Source: Candidatus Parcubacteria bacterium
GTDB lineage: Bacteria; Patescibacteriota; Minisyncoccia; Phycocordibacterales; UBA2100
Reading direction: 5' to 3'
NCBI GenBank assembly: GCA_041168925.1
Contig: JBEEJY010000008.1
Location: 1 to 61,499, forward strand
DNA length: 61,499 bases
The notes below the pieces were generated by a model that made no database searches, was not told the DNA's origin, and saw nothing but the letters and a program-made list of their open reading frames with translations. Below are positions 16,881 to 26,514 of the stretch, one piece after another. Positions within the stretch are counted from its first letter, which is position 1. The number at the start of each line of letters is the position of its first letter. A program made the translations under genes and the position numbers.

Positions 16881-17147
16881 TTATGCCGACATCGCGGCAA
16901 GCCGCTTTGCCACGCGCGCTTTCATGCGCGCCGCCGTGTTTTGATGGATCGTCCCGCCCTTGGCGGCCTTGTCGATCGCGCGGTAAAAAGCCGGAAGAGC
17001 CGCCGACGCTTCTTTGCCTGATTTCGCCCTGGTCAGCGCCGTGATTTCTTTCACCGCATCTTTCATCGCGCGTTTTCTACGCGTGTTGATGACGCGGCGG
17101 CGCAAGGCGACGCGCTCGGCTTTCTTGGCGGACGACGTATTGGCCAT
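16881..17147 (-). CDS. rpsT: 30S ribosomal protein S20
   Basis: MANTSSAKKAERVALRRRVINTRRKRAMKDAVKE... Confidence 0.95.
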   Translation of the reverse strand: MANTSSAKKAERVALRRRVINTRRKRAMKDAVKEITALTRAKSGKEASAALPAFYRAIDKAAKGGTIHQNTAARMKARVAKRLAAMSA

Positions 17148-17232
17148 GAGGGAGCATCATACGCGAAGTGAGGCGTTCGCGCAACGAGCGCCTTCAGATG
17201 AGCTTTGGACGAGTTCGCGGTATGATTTGCTC

Positions 17233-17805
17233 ATGATCGGGCGACTGGAGGGTAGCGTAAAGGCGGTGCGGACCGGATTTGTCATTCTTTCGGCGGGGGG
17301 CGTAGGTTACAAAGTGTTTGCGACACGCGAGAGCCTCGCCCGAATGAAACACGAGGAAACGATCGCAGTGTGGACGCACCTTGCGGTGCGAGAAGGCGTG
17401 CTCGATCTTTACGGCTTCGCTTCGGAAGAGGAGCTGCGTTTTTTCGAGCTTCTCATGACCGTACCCGGCATCGGGCCGAAATCGGCGCTCGCAATCCTCG
17501 ACATCGCATCGATCGGTACGCTTCAAAACGCCATCGCGGCAGGCAACGCGAGCTACCTTACCAACGTGTCTGGGGTCGGAAAGAAAACGGCGGAAAAGAT
17601 CGTGCTCGAGCTGAAGGACAAAGTCGGACGCGCCGACGAAGGCGCGAGCGGTGCGCTGCGGGGAGACGAGGAGGCGCTCGAAGCGATGCGGAGCCTCGGC
17701 TTCTCTCAAGCGGAAGCGCGCGAGGCGTTGCGCAAGGTTCCTGCCAAAATCGAAAAAGCGAGCGATCGTCTGCGGGAAGCGCTGAAAATCGCGAGCGGGA
17801 AATAA
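17233..17805 (+). CDS. ruvA: Holliday junction DNA helicase subunit RuvA
   Basis: MIGRLEGSV...GVGYKVF...LYGF...ELRFFELLMTVPGIGPKSALAIL...VSGVGKKTAEKIVLELKDK. Confidence 0.92.
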   Translation: MIGRLEGSVKAVRTGFVILSAGGVGYKVFATRESLARMKHEETIAVWTHLAVREGVLDLYGFASEEELRFFELLMTVPGIGPKSALAILDIASIGTLQNAIAAGNASYLTNVSGVGKKTAEKIVLELKDKVGRADEGASGALRGDEEALEAMRSLGFSQAEAREALRKVPAKIEKASDRLREALKIASGK

Positions 17806-17818
17806 ACCCGGGACAGGC

Positions 17819-19102
17819 ATGCGAATCTTAAAACAAATTCTCGAACGATTGTTCCCCTCTCGGATTTTCTCCCTCTACCATCTCCTGCTCGCCTACCTGG
17901 GCGCTATTCGATATGGCTTTCCCTCGACGAAATTACTCGTGATCGCCGTGACCGGCACCAAGGGAAAATCATCGACGACGGAGCTCGTGAACGCGATACT
18001 CGAAGAAGCGGGCTATAAAATCGCGCTTCTCAATTCAATTCGCGTCAAAATCGCCGACCGCTCGGAGGCGAACGTTATGCGCATGTCGATGCCGGGGCGG
18101 TTTTTCATACAGCGCTTTTTGTCGAAGGCGCTTCGCGCGGGCTGCACGGCGGCGATATTGGAAATGACGTCGGAAGGCGCTCGACAGCATCGTCACCGCG
18201 GCATCGCACTCGACGCGCTCGTCTTCACCAATCTTGCGCCCGAGCACATAGAATCGCACGGCTCGTTTCAAGAGTACGCCGACGCAAAATTCGAGATCGG
18301 GAAGCAGCTTGTCCGCTCCTCGAAGCGTCCGCGCATCATCGTTGCCAACGCCGACGATCCGCAAAGCCCTCGATACCTTGCCTTGCCCGTGGAGCAGGCT
18401 CTCCCCTTTTCTCTTTCCGCGCAGCCGCCGTGGTTTGCAAACGAGAGAGGCGGATACTTCACGTTCGACGGCGCAAAGATCTCGATTCGCTTGCCCGGGG
18501 AGTTTTCTCTCAAAAACGCGATTAGCGCCTCAGTGCTCGCTCGCGCGCTGAAAATCGACACAAAGACGATCGCGCGCGGGCTCGAAAAAGTGCTCACCAT
18601 TCCCGGCCGCGCCGAGCGCATCGAGGCGGGACAAGATTTTGCGGTCGTTGTCGACTACGCTCATACGCCTGATTCGCTTGAAGCGCTCTATAAGGCCTAC
18701 GGCAGCCAAATAAAAATCTGCATTATGGGCGCCACCGGCGGCGGACGCGACCGGTGGAAGCGTCCGGTCATGGGATCCCTTGCCGACACGTATTGCGAAG
18801 CGGTAGTGCTCACCGACGAAGATCCGTACGACGAAAACCCGCGCGCTATCGTCGAAGAGCTTAAAAGCGGTATGCGACGAACTCCTGAGGTCATCATGGA
18901 CAGACGCGCGGCTATTTCGAGAGGACTCGAAATCGCCCTGAACTATTCGGAGGGCAGAGGGAATGGGCGCGGCGTCGCCGCGCTCATCACCGGCAAGGGT
19001 ACCGACCCGTGCATCTGCGGTCCGCACGGCAAAAAAATTCCCTGGAGCGACGCGAAAGTAGCCCGCGAAGAACTCGCCGCTCTTCAAAGACGCCGAGTAT
19101 AA
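17819..19102 (+). CDS. Mur ligase family protein (MurE-like UDP-MurNAc-dipeptide ligase)
   Basis: IAVTGTKGKSSTTELV P-loop, EMTSEG, FTNLAPEHIESHGS, VVDYAHTPDSLEAL. Confidence 0.75.
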   Translation: MRILKQILERLFPSRIFSLYHLLLAYLGAIRYGFPSTKLLVIAVTGTKGKSSTTELVNAILEEAGYKIALLNSIRVKIADRSEANVMRMSMPGRFFIQRFLSKALRAGCTAAILEMTSEGARQHRHRGIALDALVFTNLAPEHIESHGSFQEYADAKFEIGKQLVRSSKRPRIIVANADDPQSPRYLALPVEQALPFSLSAQPPWFANERGGYFTFDGAKISIRLPGEFSLKNAISASVLARALKIDTKTIARGLEKVLTIPGRAERIEAGQDFAVVVDYAHTPDSLEALYKAYGSQIKICIMGATGGGRDRWKRPVMGSLADTYCEAVVLTDEDPYDENPRAIVEELKSGMRRTPEVIMDRRAAISRGLEIALNYSEGRGNGRGVAALITGKGTDPCICGPHGKKIPWSDAKVAREELAALQRRRV

Positions 19103-19109
19103 TGATCGC

Positions 19110-20096
19110 ATGATCAAGACCGTTTTGCTGTGGGTACTCGTACTTTTCATTTTGGCGCTCGTTGCTTTCTGGTTTTGGAGCGGGGGGTTCGAGGCCGTGC
19201 GACGTACCGCTCACACGCTTATCAATCCCGTCGATCTCTTCTGGAGTGGAGAAGCAACTGGCTCGCCGCTCCGACTCCCGTGGCAACCTTCCGATATGAC
19301 GCGCGGTCCCGACATTTCGGGCTATGCGACCGAAGCCGACGCGATCCAGGCACGAATGTCGCCCGAGGATCAGGACGGCGCATATGTATCCGAAAATGAC
19401 GCGCGCATCAAGACGTTCGGCAATCCCTCCGCATACGCCGGAATCGTGAGGATAACGGGTAGCGCCGCGACGGAGAGTGGTGCCGGCCGGGAGTATATCG
19501 AGATCCGAGCGTCAGAAAGTGCAAACGCTCCCGTCGAGATCTCCGGATGGTCGTTGCAGAGCGCGGTCTCGGGATTGCGCGCATACGTGGGGCAAGGAGT
19601 GGAGATTTTCGGACAAGGCGTCGTCAACGAGGTGCGGCCCGTTTTTCTGCAAGCGGGCGATCGAGCGTTTATCACGACCGGCGCGTCGCCCGTCGGCGCT
19701 TCATTCAAGGAAAACATCTGCAGCGGCTACCTCGCCCAATCGCAGCAATTCGCACCGGATATGACCGGTTCGTGCCCTTCACCCGGCGATGCGCTGCCGC
19801 AAACGGCGGATACCCTCCGGACCTACGGGCCGTCGTGTTTCGATTACCTCGCGAGCCTGCCTTCGTGCGAGACGCAGACAAAAGCTCCGGCGAGTCTCTC
19901 TGCCAACTGTCTTACGTTTATCGGATCGACAATCTCATACAACGGCTGCGTGAGCGCAAACCGCGGAAGGGGCGACTTTTCCGAGCCGGCATGGCGAATC
20001 TATCTCGGCGTACGCAGCGCGCTCTGGTACGACACGCACGATGTCATTCGCCTGCTAGACGGCGAGGGGCGGATCGTCGACGTGCTATCGTACTGA
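19110..20096 (+). CDS. Lamin-tail-domain (LTD) protein with N-terminal TM anchor
   Basis: GIVRITGSA...REYIEIRASESANAPVEISGWSLQS is an LTD-like core. The C-terminal part is Cys-containing. Confidence 0.65.
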   Translation: MIKTVLLWVLVLFILALVAFWFWSGGFEAVRRTAHTLINPVDLFWSGEATGSPLRLPWQPSDMTRGPDISGYATEADAIQARMSPEDQDGAYVSENDARIKTFGNPSAYAGIVRITGSAATESGAGREYIEIRASESANAPVEISGWSLQSAVSGLRAYVGQGVEIFGQGVVNEVRPVFLQAGDRAFITTGASPVGASFKENICSGYLAQSQQFAPDMTGSCPSPGDALPQTADTLRTYGPSCFDYLASLPSCETQTKAPASLSANCLTFIGSTISYNGCVSANRGRGDFSEPAWRIYLGVRSALWYDTHDVIRLLDGEGRIVDVLSY

Positions 20097-20549
20097 AAAA
20101 AGCACGACTCCGGCGGCGACGGCGACATTGAGCGATTCTTTTGCGCCATGCATCGGGATCTCCACGATCGCGTCGCATGCTTTGAGCAGCGATCGAGAAA
20201 CGCCCGTAACTTCGTGACCGAATACAAAGAGCGCTGGTGTCGCGAGTTTGCATTTCCGATAATCGACCGATCGCGGATGCTGCTCGACGCCGATGATCGT
20301 CCAGCCTCGGCGCTTCAGGGTCGAAATGAGAGCCTTCGGCGAGGCCACGCGCTGCCATGAGAGCGAATGCTCGGCGCCTAGCGCCACTTTGGCGATTTCT
20401 TTCTGTACGCGACCGAAACGATCCTGCGGCAGGGGTGTGTAGCCGCTGATGTAGAGTCTCGATACGCCTGCGGCTTCTGCGGTGCGAAATATCGAACCGA
20501 CGTTATGCGCGCTTCGGATATCGTGCAGCAGTACCGCCGTTTCTTTCAT
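20085..20549 (-). CDS. SpoU/TrmH-family RNA 2'-O-methyltransferase
   Basis: HNVGSIFRTAEAAGV..., LVFGHEVTGVS..., IPMHGAKESLNVAVAAGVVLF. Confidence 0.82.
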   Translation of the reverse strand: MKETAVLLHDIRSAHNVGSIFRTAEAAGVSRLYISGYTPLPQDRFGRVQKEIAKVALGAEHSLSWQRVASPKALISTLKRRGWTIIGVEQHPRSVDYRKCKLATPALFVFGHEVTGVSRSLLKACDAIVEIPMHGAKESLNVAVAAGVVLFSVR

Positions 20550-20612
20550 GCGAGCACGATAGCACCGGCGCTCGGTATTTACTATTGCGCCCTTTCTTCG
20601 TACTATTTGCTC

Positions 20613-21017
20613 ATGCATCCTCTCTCGCTCCTTCCCGAGCTTCTGTTCCTCGCACCGCTTTCATCGACGCTCTTGCGCATCGCCGCAGCGGTCATATTTC
20701 TGCTTGCCGCGTGGACGCACTACCAAAAACGCCGGGAGCACGGTCGCATCGATTTTATCGCCGTCGGTTCGGGCATCTGGATTCCGGTCGTGACGGCAAT
20801 CGTGGAAGCGATTATAGGAGCCGGACTCTTCGCCGGATTATATACGCAAGCGGCGGCGATCGCGGGCGCGCTTATCGCTGCAAAATATTTCATCTGGAAG
20901 CAGCGCTATTCGGCGTTTTTCCCGCTCTCACGGACCGCAAGCGCTCTCCTTTTTGTGATATGCGTCTCGCTCGTCTTCACCGGCGCTGGAGCATTCTCCT
21001 TCGACCTCCCGCTGTAG
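20613..21017 (+). CDS. DoxX-like small membrane protein
   Basis: Four hydrophobic helices, 134 aa. TACTAT lies 6 nt upstream of the ATG. The assignment is by architecture. Confidence 0.5.
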   Translation: MHPLSLLPELLFLAPLSSTLLRIAAAVIFLLAAWTHYQKRREHGRIDFIAVGSGIWIPVVTAIVEAIIGAGLFAGLYTQAAAIAGALIAAKYFIWKQRYSAFFPLSRTASALLFVICVSLVFTGAGAFSFDLPL

Positions 21018-21023
21018 CATGTA

Positions 21024-21094
21024 TCCCCCCACTAGGAATCGAACCTAGGTCAACTGCTTAAAAGGCAGCTGCTCTACCATTGAGCTATGAGGGG
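21024..21094 (-). tRNA. tRNA-Lys (anticodon TTT); acceptor stem starts with C1:G72
   Basis: The reverse complement reads CCCCTCA-TA-GCTC-AATGGTA-GAGC-A-GCTGC-CTTTTAA-GCAGT-TGAC-CTAGG-TTCGATT-CCTAG-TGGGGGG-A. Confidence 0.75.
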
Positions 21095-21356
21095 CAATTT
21101 TGAAATATACCACGGGCAACGGATTTTTAGTGTTTGAGCGCTTTCTCCAGCCGCTCAAGCGCGATGCAAAATGCGGCGCGGTGTCATATACTGAAGTGAA
21201 TGATTTCTATCGGCGATCGAGCCAGCGCGAATGAAAGCTGGGTCAACAGGTAAAAGCGATTTTGAAGAGTTTCGTAATTCACGGATAAGCACGCCGCAAT
21301 CCACAGAGGCGGCGTCATTCGCCGGATCGAGCAGGGAGACGTGCTATACCTACGAC

Positions 21357-24059
21357 ATGGTGCGCGGGGTCCGCATCTCTCGATTCGTAAGTGTGAGCGC
21401 GCTCTTTGTAGCCGCGCTCTTTCTCATAACGCCCTGCTCCGCGAGGGCGTCTTCGCTCGTGTGGGGGGATGAAGCAGGCGGATCGCCCGCGCAAATGGAG
21501 ATGCGTGAGGGCGGCACCTATGCAGTCGCACTCAATACGCCCTCGTCCGCGTATCTTGCGACAGATATTCCCTTCACGAGCGGACTCCTCTATTACATCG
21601 ACGATTCGGGTGGATCTCCGCAGCGGCAACTGGTATCGAGTATCTTCGTCAAAGCATGGGAGGCGTCGGATGACGTCGTCTTTGGATGGCCCGCGGTCGG
21701 GCAATACGAGCTCGATATCGTCCAGATCGGACCGCCGTGCTGCCTCAATCTAAAGAACGATCCGCTGCATTTTTTCGTGAAGCTTTTCTTCGGCGATGTC
21801 GCGTACGCGCAGTTTGATCCGCCGACCGTCGTCGAAACGCTGCATTTCGGTATCGAAGATGCCAACGCCGGCTGCGCGGAGGACTGTTTTTCGAATGTGC
21901 TTTTCCTCCCCGGCATCGAAGCAAGCCGGCTCTATCGGCCGTACGGCGGCGGCGAAAAGCGATTGTGGGAGCCTGGAAGGTCGGCAGATGCGATCGAACT
22001 CGAGATGAACCCCGACGGCTCAAGCATGCGCGCCGACATTTACACGCGGGACGTGCTCGACAATGCATACGTTCCCGCGAAGGGCAACGTGTATGCGTCA
22101 TTCATTGCCGACATGAACGGCCTCAAGGCGAATGGAACCATAAACGACTGGGAGGCCGCGCCGTACGATTGGCGCCTCACTCCCGATCAAATACTTGAGA
22201 GCGGCTCTCAAAACGGCTCCAACATATCGTATCTTGCTGCAACGGATACGCCGTTCATACTGCAGGAACTTCAGCGGCTCGCGCATTCTTCAAAATCTGG
22301 AAAAGTCACGCTGATAGCTCACTCGAATGGAGGCCTCGTCGCAAAAGCGCTCATGCAAAAACTTGGCTCCGCGGTGACTGCACAGCTGGTCGACAAGGTC
22401 ATCTTGGTCGCCTCGCCGCAGGCGGGCACGCCGCAAGCACTTGCCGGACTCCTGCACGGACATGATCAAGCGCTTCCCTTTGCCGCTTTCCCATACGCCC
22501 TTACACCTTCTGTGGCGCGACAAATCGGCGACACGATGCCGGGACTCTATACGCTTATCCCATCGGCATCGTATTTCACATATGTGAACGACCCGGTTTT
22601 TACTTTCTCCACGTCATCCGTAGCCGATTGGGCGGGGCTCTACGGCGATGTCATTCATTCCGGAGAAACTCAACATGCATTCCTCACGGATACCGCGCAC
22701 AGGACTCAACCGTCAGTAGACGACTTGAGTAATCCGACGATACTGAGTGACGCTGCTCTCACAGAGGCGGAATCGGTGCATGATTCGCTCGATGCGTGGA
22801 CGCCACCGGACGGAGTACGGCTGATACAGATCGCCGGTTGGGGAGTACCGACGACGGTGTCCGGCATTGACTACGTGAGAACGCTCGATGATGGTGCACT
22901 GACCATCTTGCCGAATCCAAGATTTGTCATCGACGGCGACGGCACGGTCGTCGTCCCAAGTGCACTGTGGGTGAATGAAGCTACGGGCGCAAAAGATTAT
23001 TGGGTGAACTTAGAAAAATACAACGTTGACCATAAATTCACAACACTTTTCGGCCATATTCCTTTCTCGCACGCAAATATATTAGAAATTGCTGAATTAA
23101 GAAATCTTGTCAGAGATCTGATCGCGGATGTTGTAAAGCCAGTGGTGGATTATGACTATTTATCTACAGAGTCCCCTTCTTCCACTCTTTCTCGGCTCCG
23201 CTATGCTCTCCATTCCCCTCTCACACTCAATCTATACGACAATCTGGGGCATCACACCGGCATCTCAACCACGACCGGTGAAATCGACGAGGACATTCCG
23301 GGTTCGTACTACACGGAATTCGGTGACATTAAATATATTTTCGCGGATGGTACCGCTCCAGCGCACATTTTTATGGACGGGTACGGAGATGGCGCGTTCA
23401 CCTTCAACGTCGACCAATTTGAGGGAAATAGCCTCATCGCCAGTACCACGTTCAAAGATGTACCGACGACATCGAATACTTTCGTAAATCTCGACATCGG
23501 ATCTGACATATCGACGCTCTCTCCGATGCATGTGGATGAGAACGGCGACGGAAAGACGGACTTCACGTTGCCGGTAAAACTCGGCGGGGTTGCGACCGTC
23601 GATACGACTCCCCCTGAAGCATCGGTGACCGTCAGTACTTCGACCAGGGACTTTGCCATAACGGGGATTGACGACAATGCACCAGTTGGAGTCGTGAAAG
23701 GCACGACAAGCGCAACGCTCACTGATGCCGCCGGTAATTCGACTGTCCTTTCGTTCCAAAAAGTGTCACTGGGTAAACTTCTGAACACGGTGAAAATCAC
23801 CGGCATCAAATATGGTTCGGGTGCGAAACTTGCCTTATCTTCCTCCCTCACCTACATCTGGGACTCAAAGCAAAATCTCATCAGCCAGACGGTCGTCGTC
23901 GACAATCAAACGGTTATACAGGCGACCTTTGACCCGAAGAAGAACAGAAGTGCAATACTCATTCTCAAAAAGGGAAAATCTGCCCAGTTATTCAACTTGA
24001 ACGGACTTGCTCTCATTAGGTTGATGACGAATAAAGGGATTGTAGGGTATGGATGGTAG
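21357..24059 (+). CDS. Large secreted alpha/beta-hydrolase (LCAT/PGAP1-like lipase or esterase) with a long C-terminal beta-rich extension
   Basis: Signal anchor MVRGVRISRFVSVSALFVAALFLITPCSARA. Nucleophile elbow VTLIAHSNGGLVAKAL (GxSxG-type). An alternative ATG exists at 21231. Confidence 0.6.
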   Translation: MVRGVRISRFVSVSALFVAALFLITPCSARASSLVWGDEAGGSPAQMEMREGGTYAVALNTPSSAYLATDIPFTSGLLYYIDDSGGSPQRQLVSSIFVKAWEASDDVVFGWPAVGQYELDIVQIGPPCCLNLKNDPLHFFVKLFFGDVAYAQFDPPTVVETLHFGIEDANAGCAEDCFSNVLFLPGIEASRLYRPYGGGEKRLWEPGRSADAIELEMNPDGSSMRADIYTRDVLDNAYVPAKGNVYASFIADMNGLKANGTINDWEAAPYDWRLTPDQILESGSQNGSNISYLAATDTPFILQELQRLAHSSKSGKVTLIAHSNGGLVAKALMQKLGSAVTAQLVDKVILVASPQAGTPQALAGLLHGHDQALPFAAFPYALTPSVARQIGDTMPGLYTLIPSASYFTYVNDPVFTFSTSSVADWAGLYGDVIHSGETQHAFLTDTAHRTQPSVDDLSNPTILSDAALTEAESVHDSLDAWTPPDGVRLIQIAGWGVPTTVSGIDYVRTLDDGALTILPNPRFVIDGDGTVVVPSALWVNEATGAKDYWVNLEKYNVDHKFTTLFGHIPFSHANILEIAELRNLVRDLIADVVKPVVDYDYLSTESPSSTLSRLRYALHSPLTLNLYDNLGHHTGISTTTGEIDEDIPGSYYTEFGDIKYIFADGTAPAHIFMDGYGDGAFTFNVDQFEGNSLIASTTFKDVPTTSNTFVNLDIGSDISTLSPMHVDENGDGKTDFTLPVKLGGVATVDTTPPEASVTVSTSTRDFAITGIDDNAPVGVVKGTTSATLTDAAGNSTVLSFQKVSLGKLLNTVKITGIKYGSGAKLALSSSLTYIWDSKQNLISQTVVVDNQTVIQATFDPKKNRSAILILKKGKSAQLFNLNGLALIRLMTNKGIVGYGW

Positions 24060-24069
24060 TATTGTCCGT

Positions 24070-24486
24070 ATGGTCGAGAAAAAGTCAGTTCTTATTACAT
24101 CCGCAATGGTGTCCGCAGCTTTCATTGTTTGGGATTACATGGGGAACTATCGTCTATGCGATTACCTCGCAAAAGATGGTCACATGGGATCTTGCCCTTT
24201 TCTGCTTTCCTCTACGGAATTAATCTTGATTCCATTTTTTCCGTTTTTTTTCTTTTCCCTCATCACCTACTTCATGCGAGAAGACGTTTTTCGTGCATGG
24301 GTGCGGTTCGCAATTCCGGCGGTAATTGTTTCCATGATCCTCATTTTGCTCACTCCCGACTCGCCCGCCGGCGGATTCGGTCCGCAAATAGCCCTCGGGA
24401 AGAGCGATACGGCTCTCGTTGCTTCCGTACTTTTCTCCCTCATTAGCTTGATACTTATCGTTGTGAAACTAATCCGTACGAAATAG
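24070..24486 (+). CDS. Hypothetical small membrane protein (4 TM), low-GC
   Basis: TAGTAT-N7-ATG at 24057-24072. MVEKKSVLITSAMVSAAFIVW... The ORF track begins at 24049. Confidence 0.5.
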   Translation: MVEKKSVLITSAMVSAAFIVWDYMGNYRLCDYLAKDGHMGSCPFLLSSTELILIPFFPFFFFSLITYFMREDVFRAWVRFAIPAVIVSMILILLTPDSPAGGFGPQIALGKSDTALVASVLFSLISLILIVVKLIRTK

Positions 24487-24608
24487 TGCTTGGCGCTACA
24501 TCCTGATTCGGCCAAGTGAATATACTAAACTTATGCTATAGCACAGATTTAGTATAGCGAAGAATTACCGCAAAAGAACCTGGAGAAAGACATCGGCGCT
24601 TGTCACTC

Positions 24609-25859
24609 TTAAATGGACAAGTTGACCGTCACGCTATTCTCCGCTTTCGATCCGTCGGGCGTTTCGCACGAAATGGTAAACGTGGTCGCTCCCGTGAGCG
24701 GTACCGTCGCCGCGCCTCCCGAGAGCGAAGTCTGGTTGAAGCTTCCGTCGGAAGAAGTCTCTTTGCACGATTTCACGCCGCGCGTGTTCCAAAAGATCGA
24801 CGTACGCCCTCCGAGCGATACGGAAGCGGGCGACGCCCAGATGTCTACCTTCGGAGCAACAGTCGGACCAGTCGAGGTGGCGACAGGCGTCGAAGACGGT
24901 TTCTTTTTGACGGGCGGCACATAGGCCGCTCCTGGCGTTTGCGGCTCGCCCACCTGGTAGCCGCGCGCGGCGCAAAGATTGTCGAAAAAGGACGGCGGGA
25001 TGAGTTTTGAGAGAAAGTTGGTCGCCCACGGCCGTGTCCGGCACCAGGTCGCGATAAGGCCGAGCGCCTGCGAGCCGCCGGAGCCGGCGCCATAGAATCC
25101 CGCGATGCTCGCGTTGCTTTCCGCGTCGGTCGCGCCGACGTACGCGGTCGCTCCGGTGCCGCCCGCTTTGAGATCGCCGGAGACCCCGGACCCGGGAGCA
25201 AGCCCCGTAATCATCTCTCCGGTCGTCGAAGCAAAGCGCGGCGCGGGCGCGCTCGCCGCGGGCGTGGTGCTCGCATGAGTCGTGCCGGCAGCGCCTCCCG
25301 AGCCTCCGCCTCCCGAGTTGGTGTCGTTGCACGTACCGAGCGCGATCGAGAGCGCGTCGCATCCGGCGCTCTTGCCGGTGTCGATGCTGGTCGAGGTCGG
25401 CGGAGTGTACTGCGCGCAGGGATTGGACATCTGCGTAATGTCGGACGTTTGGAAATACTGACCTTGGCAGCCGCTTGTTGGAGTCGAAGGCGTCGGCGAA
25501 CCTCCGCCGCCGCTTCCGCCCCCGCCGCCCTCTTTCGGCTTCAGCGCATCCATGAGGCCCTTGAGCGCTTGCATGAGTCCTTCCATGCCGCCACCGCCGC
25601 CTTCGCCGCCAGGCGCCTGGCCTTTGCAGATTCCAGGCGACACGCACATTCCCGGGGTCGTGTGGCCGTTCGTTATGTCTTTACACGGAACCGTGGGGCA
25701 AAACTTCGGTTTTTTCGGATCCATCTGGCACCCGGCGCATTCCATGTCGCCCTGATTGCCGACCGCGCGCACGGCGATCGGATATGAAATAAAGAGCGTG
25801 AGTACTAGGACAAACGCTCCGACCGCGCCTTTCAGCAAGAAGGCTCGCAGGGATCGCAT
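24609..25859 (-). CDS. Secreted protein, paralog 3 of the giant surface-protein family (signal anchor, Cys pairs, poly-Gly linkers, one C-terminal Ig-like domain)
   Basis: MRSLRAFLLKGAVGAFVLVLTLF. The motif GLMQALKGLMDALKP resembles MMKALGKALGQ and LGALGKMLNQ in paralogs 1 and 2. The C-terminus WASPASVSLGGRTSIFWNTRGVKSC...FTISCE resembles their terminal domain. Confidence 0.65.
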   Translation of the reverse strand: MRSLRAFLLKGAVGAFVLVLTLFISYPIAVRAVGNQGDMECAGCQMDPKKPKFCPTVPCKDITNGHTTPGMCVSPGICKGQAPGGEGGGGGMEGLMQALKGLMDALKPKEGGGGGSGGGGSPTPSTPTSGCQGQYFQTSDITQMSNPCAQYTPPTSTSIDTGKSAGCDALSIALGTCNDTNSGGGGSGGAAGTTHASTTPAASAPAPRFASTTGEMITGLAPGSGVSGDLKAGGTGATAYVGATDAESNASIAGFYGAGSGGSQALGLIATWCRTRPWATNFLSKLIPPSFFDNLCAARGYQVGEPQTPGAAYVPPVKKKPSSTPVATSTGPTVAPKVDIWASPASVSLGGRTSIFWNTRGVKSCKETSSDGSFNQTSLSGGAATVPLTGATTFTISCETPDGSKAENSVTVNLSI

Positions 25860-25874
25860 ACGTGATCAATAATA

Positions 25875-26513
25875 TCACGCAACCGACAAGAGAAATCGCT
25901 CTAGTGCATACTCCAACTCCTCTCCTCTACGCCTCGATGCATGCGGGAGCTCGGCCAATAGTGCGATGAGTTTCGCGCCGCGCTTTCGGGTTTTTTCATC
26001 TCTCGCTTTCATGAATATATCTTTCGCGCGCCAGAAAAGGATGCCGTGCACGGCTTCAGATGGCTTCCCGCCCTCAAGTGCCCTCTGCAGCGCCACCCAT
26101 CGCGTTTTCTTGCTCTCATCGAGAAGCGCATGCGCAATCTTAAAAAAATCATCGCCTTCTTTCTTGCGAGGTGCCTCGAACTTTTGCACGTCATCCGCCT
26201 TCGCTTCAATGCGCTTGCGGGTAGGAGCGTCGAGCTTCTCCTCGAACATAAAAAAGTGTTCTTTCGCGTTCGAAACACGTTCGAGCGCGTCGAAAAACAT
26301 GTCCGCCATCTCCGCGTTCGATATTATGCCGTCTAATACGACCGCGGTCTCCCCTCCGAACAAGCCGCCGCCTGAAAGCGCGGCGGCGAGGTCTGCGGGC
26401 ATGTTCGCATCGCTGATCCTGACGACAGACGCTCGCGGCGCATTTTTCTTGAGATCGACGCTCATGCTCTCTCTCGCGCGCGCTCTATCTGATCCGATGT
26501 AGAGGTGAAGCAT
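25875..26513 (-). CDS. holA: DNA polymerase III delta subunit-like (short HolA)
   Basis: 212 aa, immediately downstream of polA. MLHLYIGSD...GGLFGGETAVVLDG... resembles the HolA N-terminal domain. The call is weak. Confidence 0.45.
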   Translation of the reverse strand: MLHLYIGSDRARARESMSVDLKKNAPRASVVRISDANMPADLAAALSGGGLFGGETAVVLDGIISNAEMADMFFDALERVSNAKEHFFMFEEKLDAPTRKRIEAKADDVQKFEAPRKKEGDDFFKIAHALLDESKKTRWVALQRALEGGKPSEAVHGILFWRAKDIFMKARDEKTRKRGAKLIALLAELPHASRRRGEELEYALERFLLSVA

Positions 26514-26514
26514 A

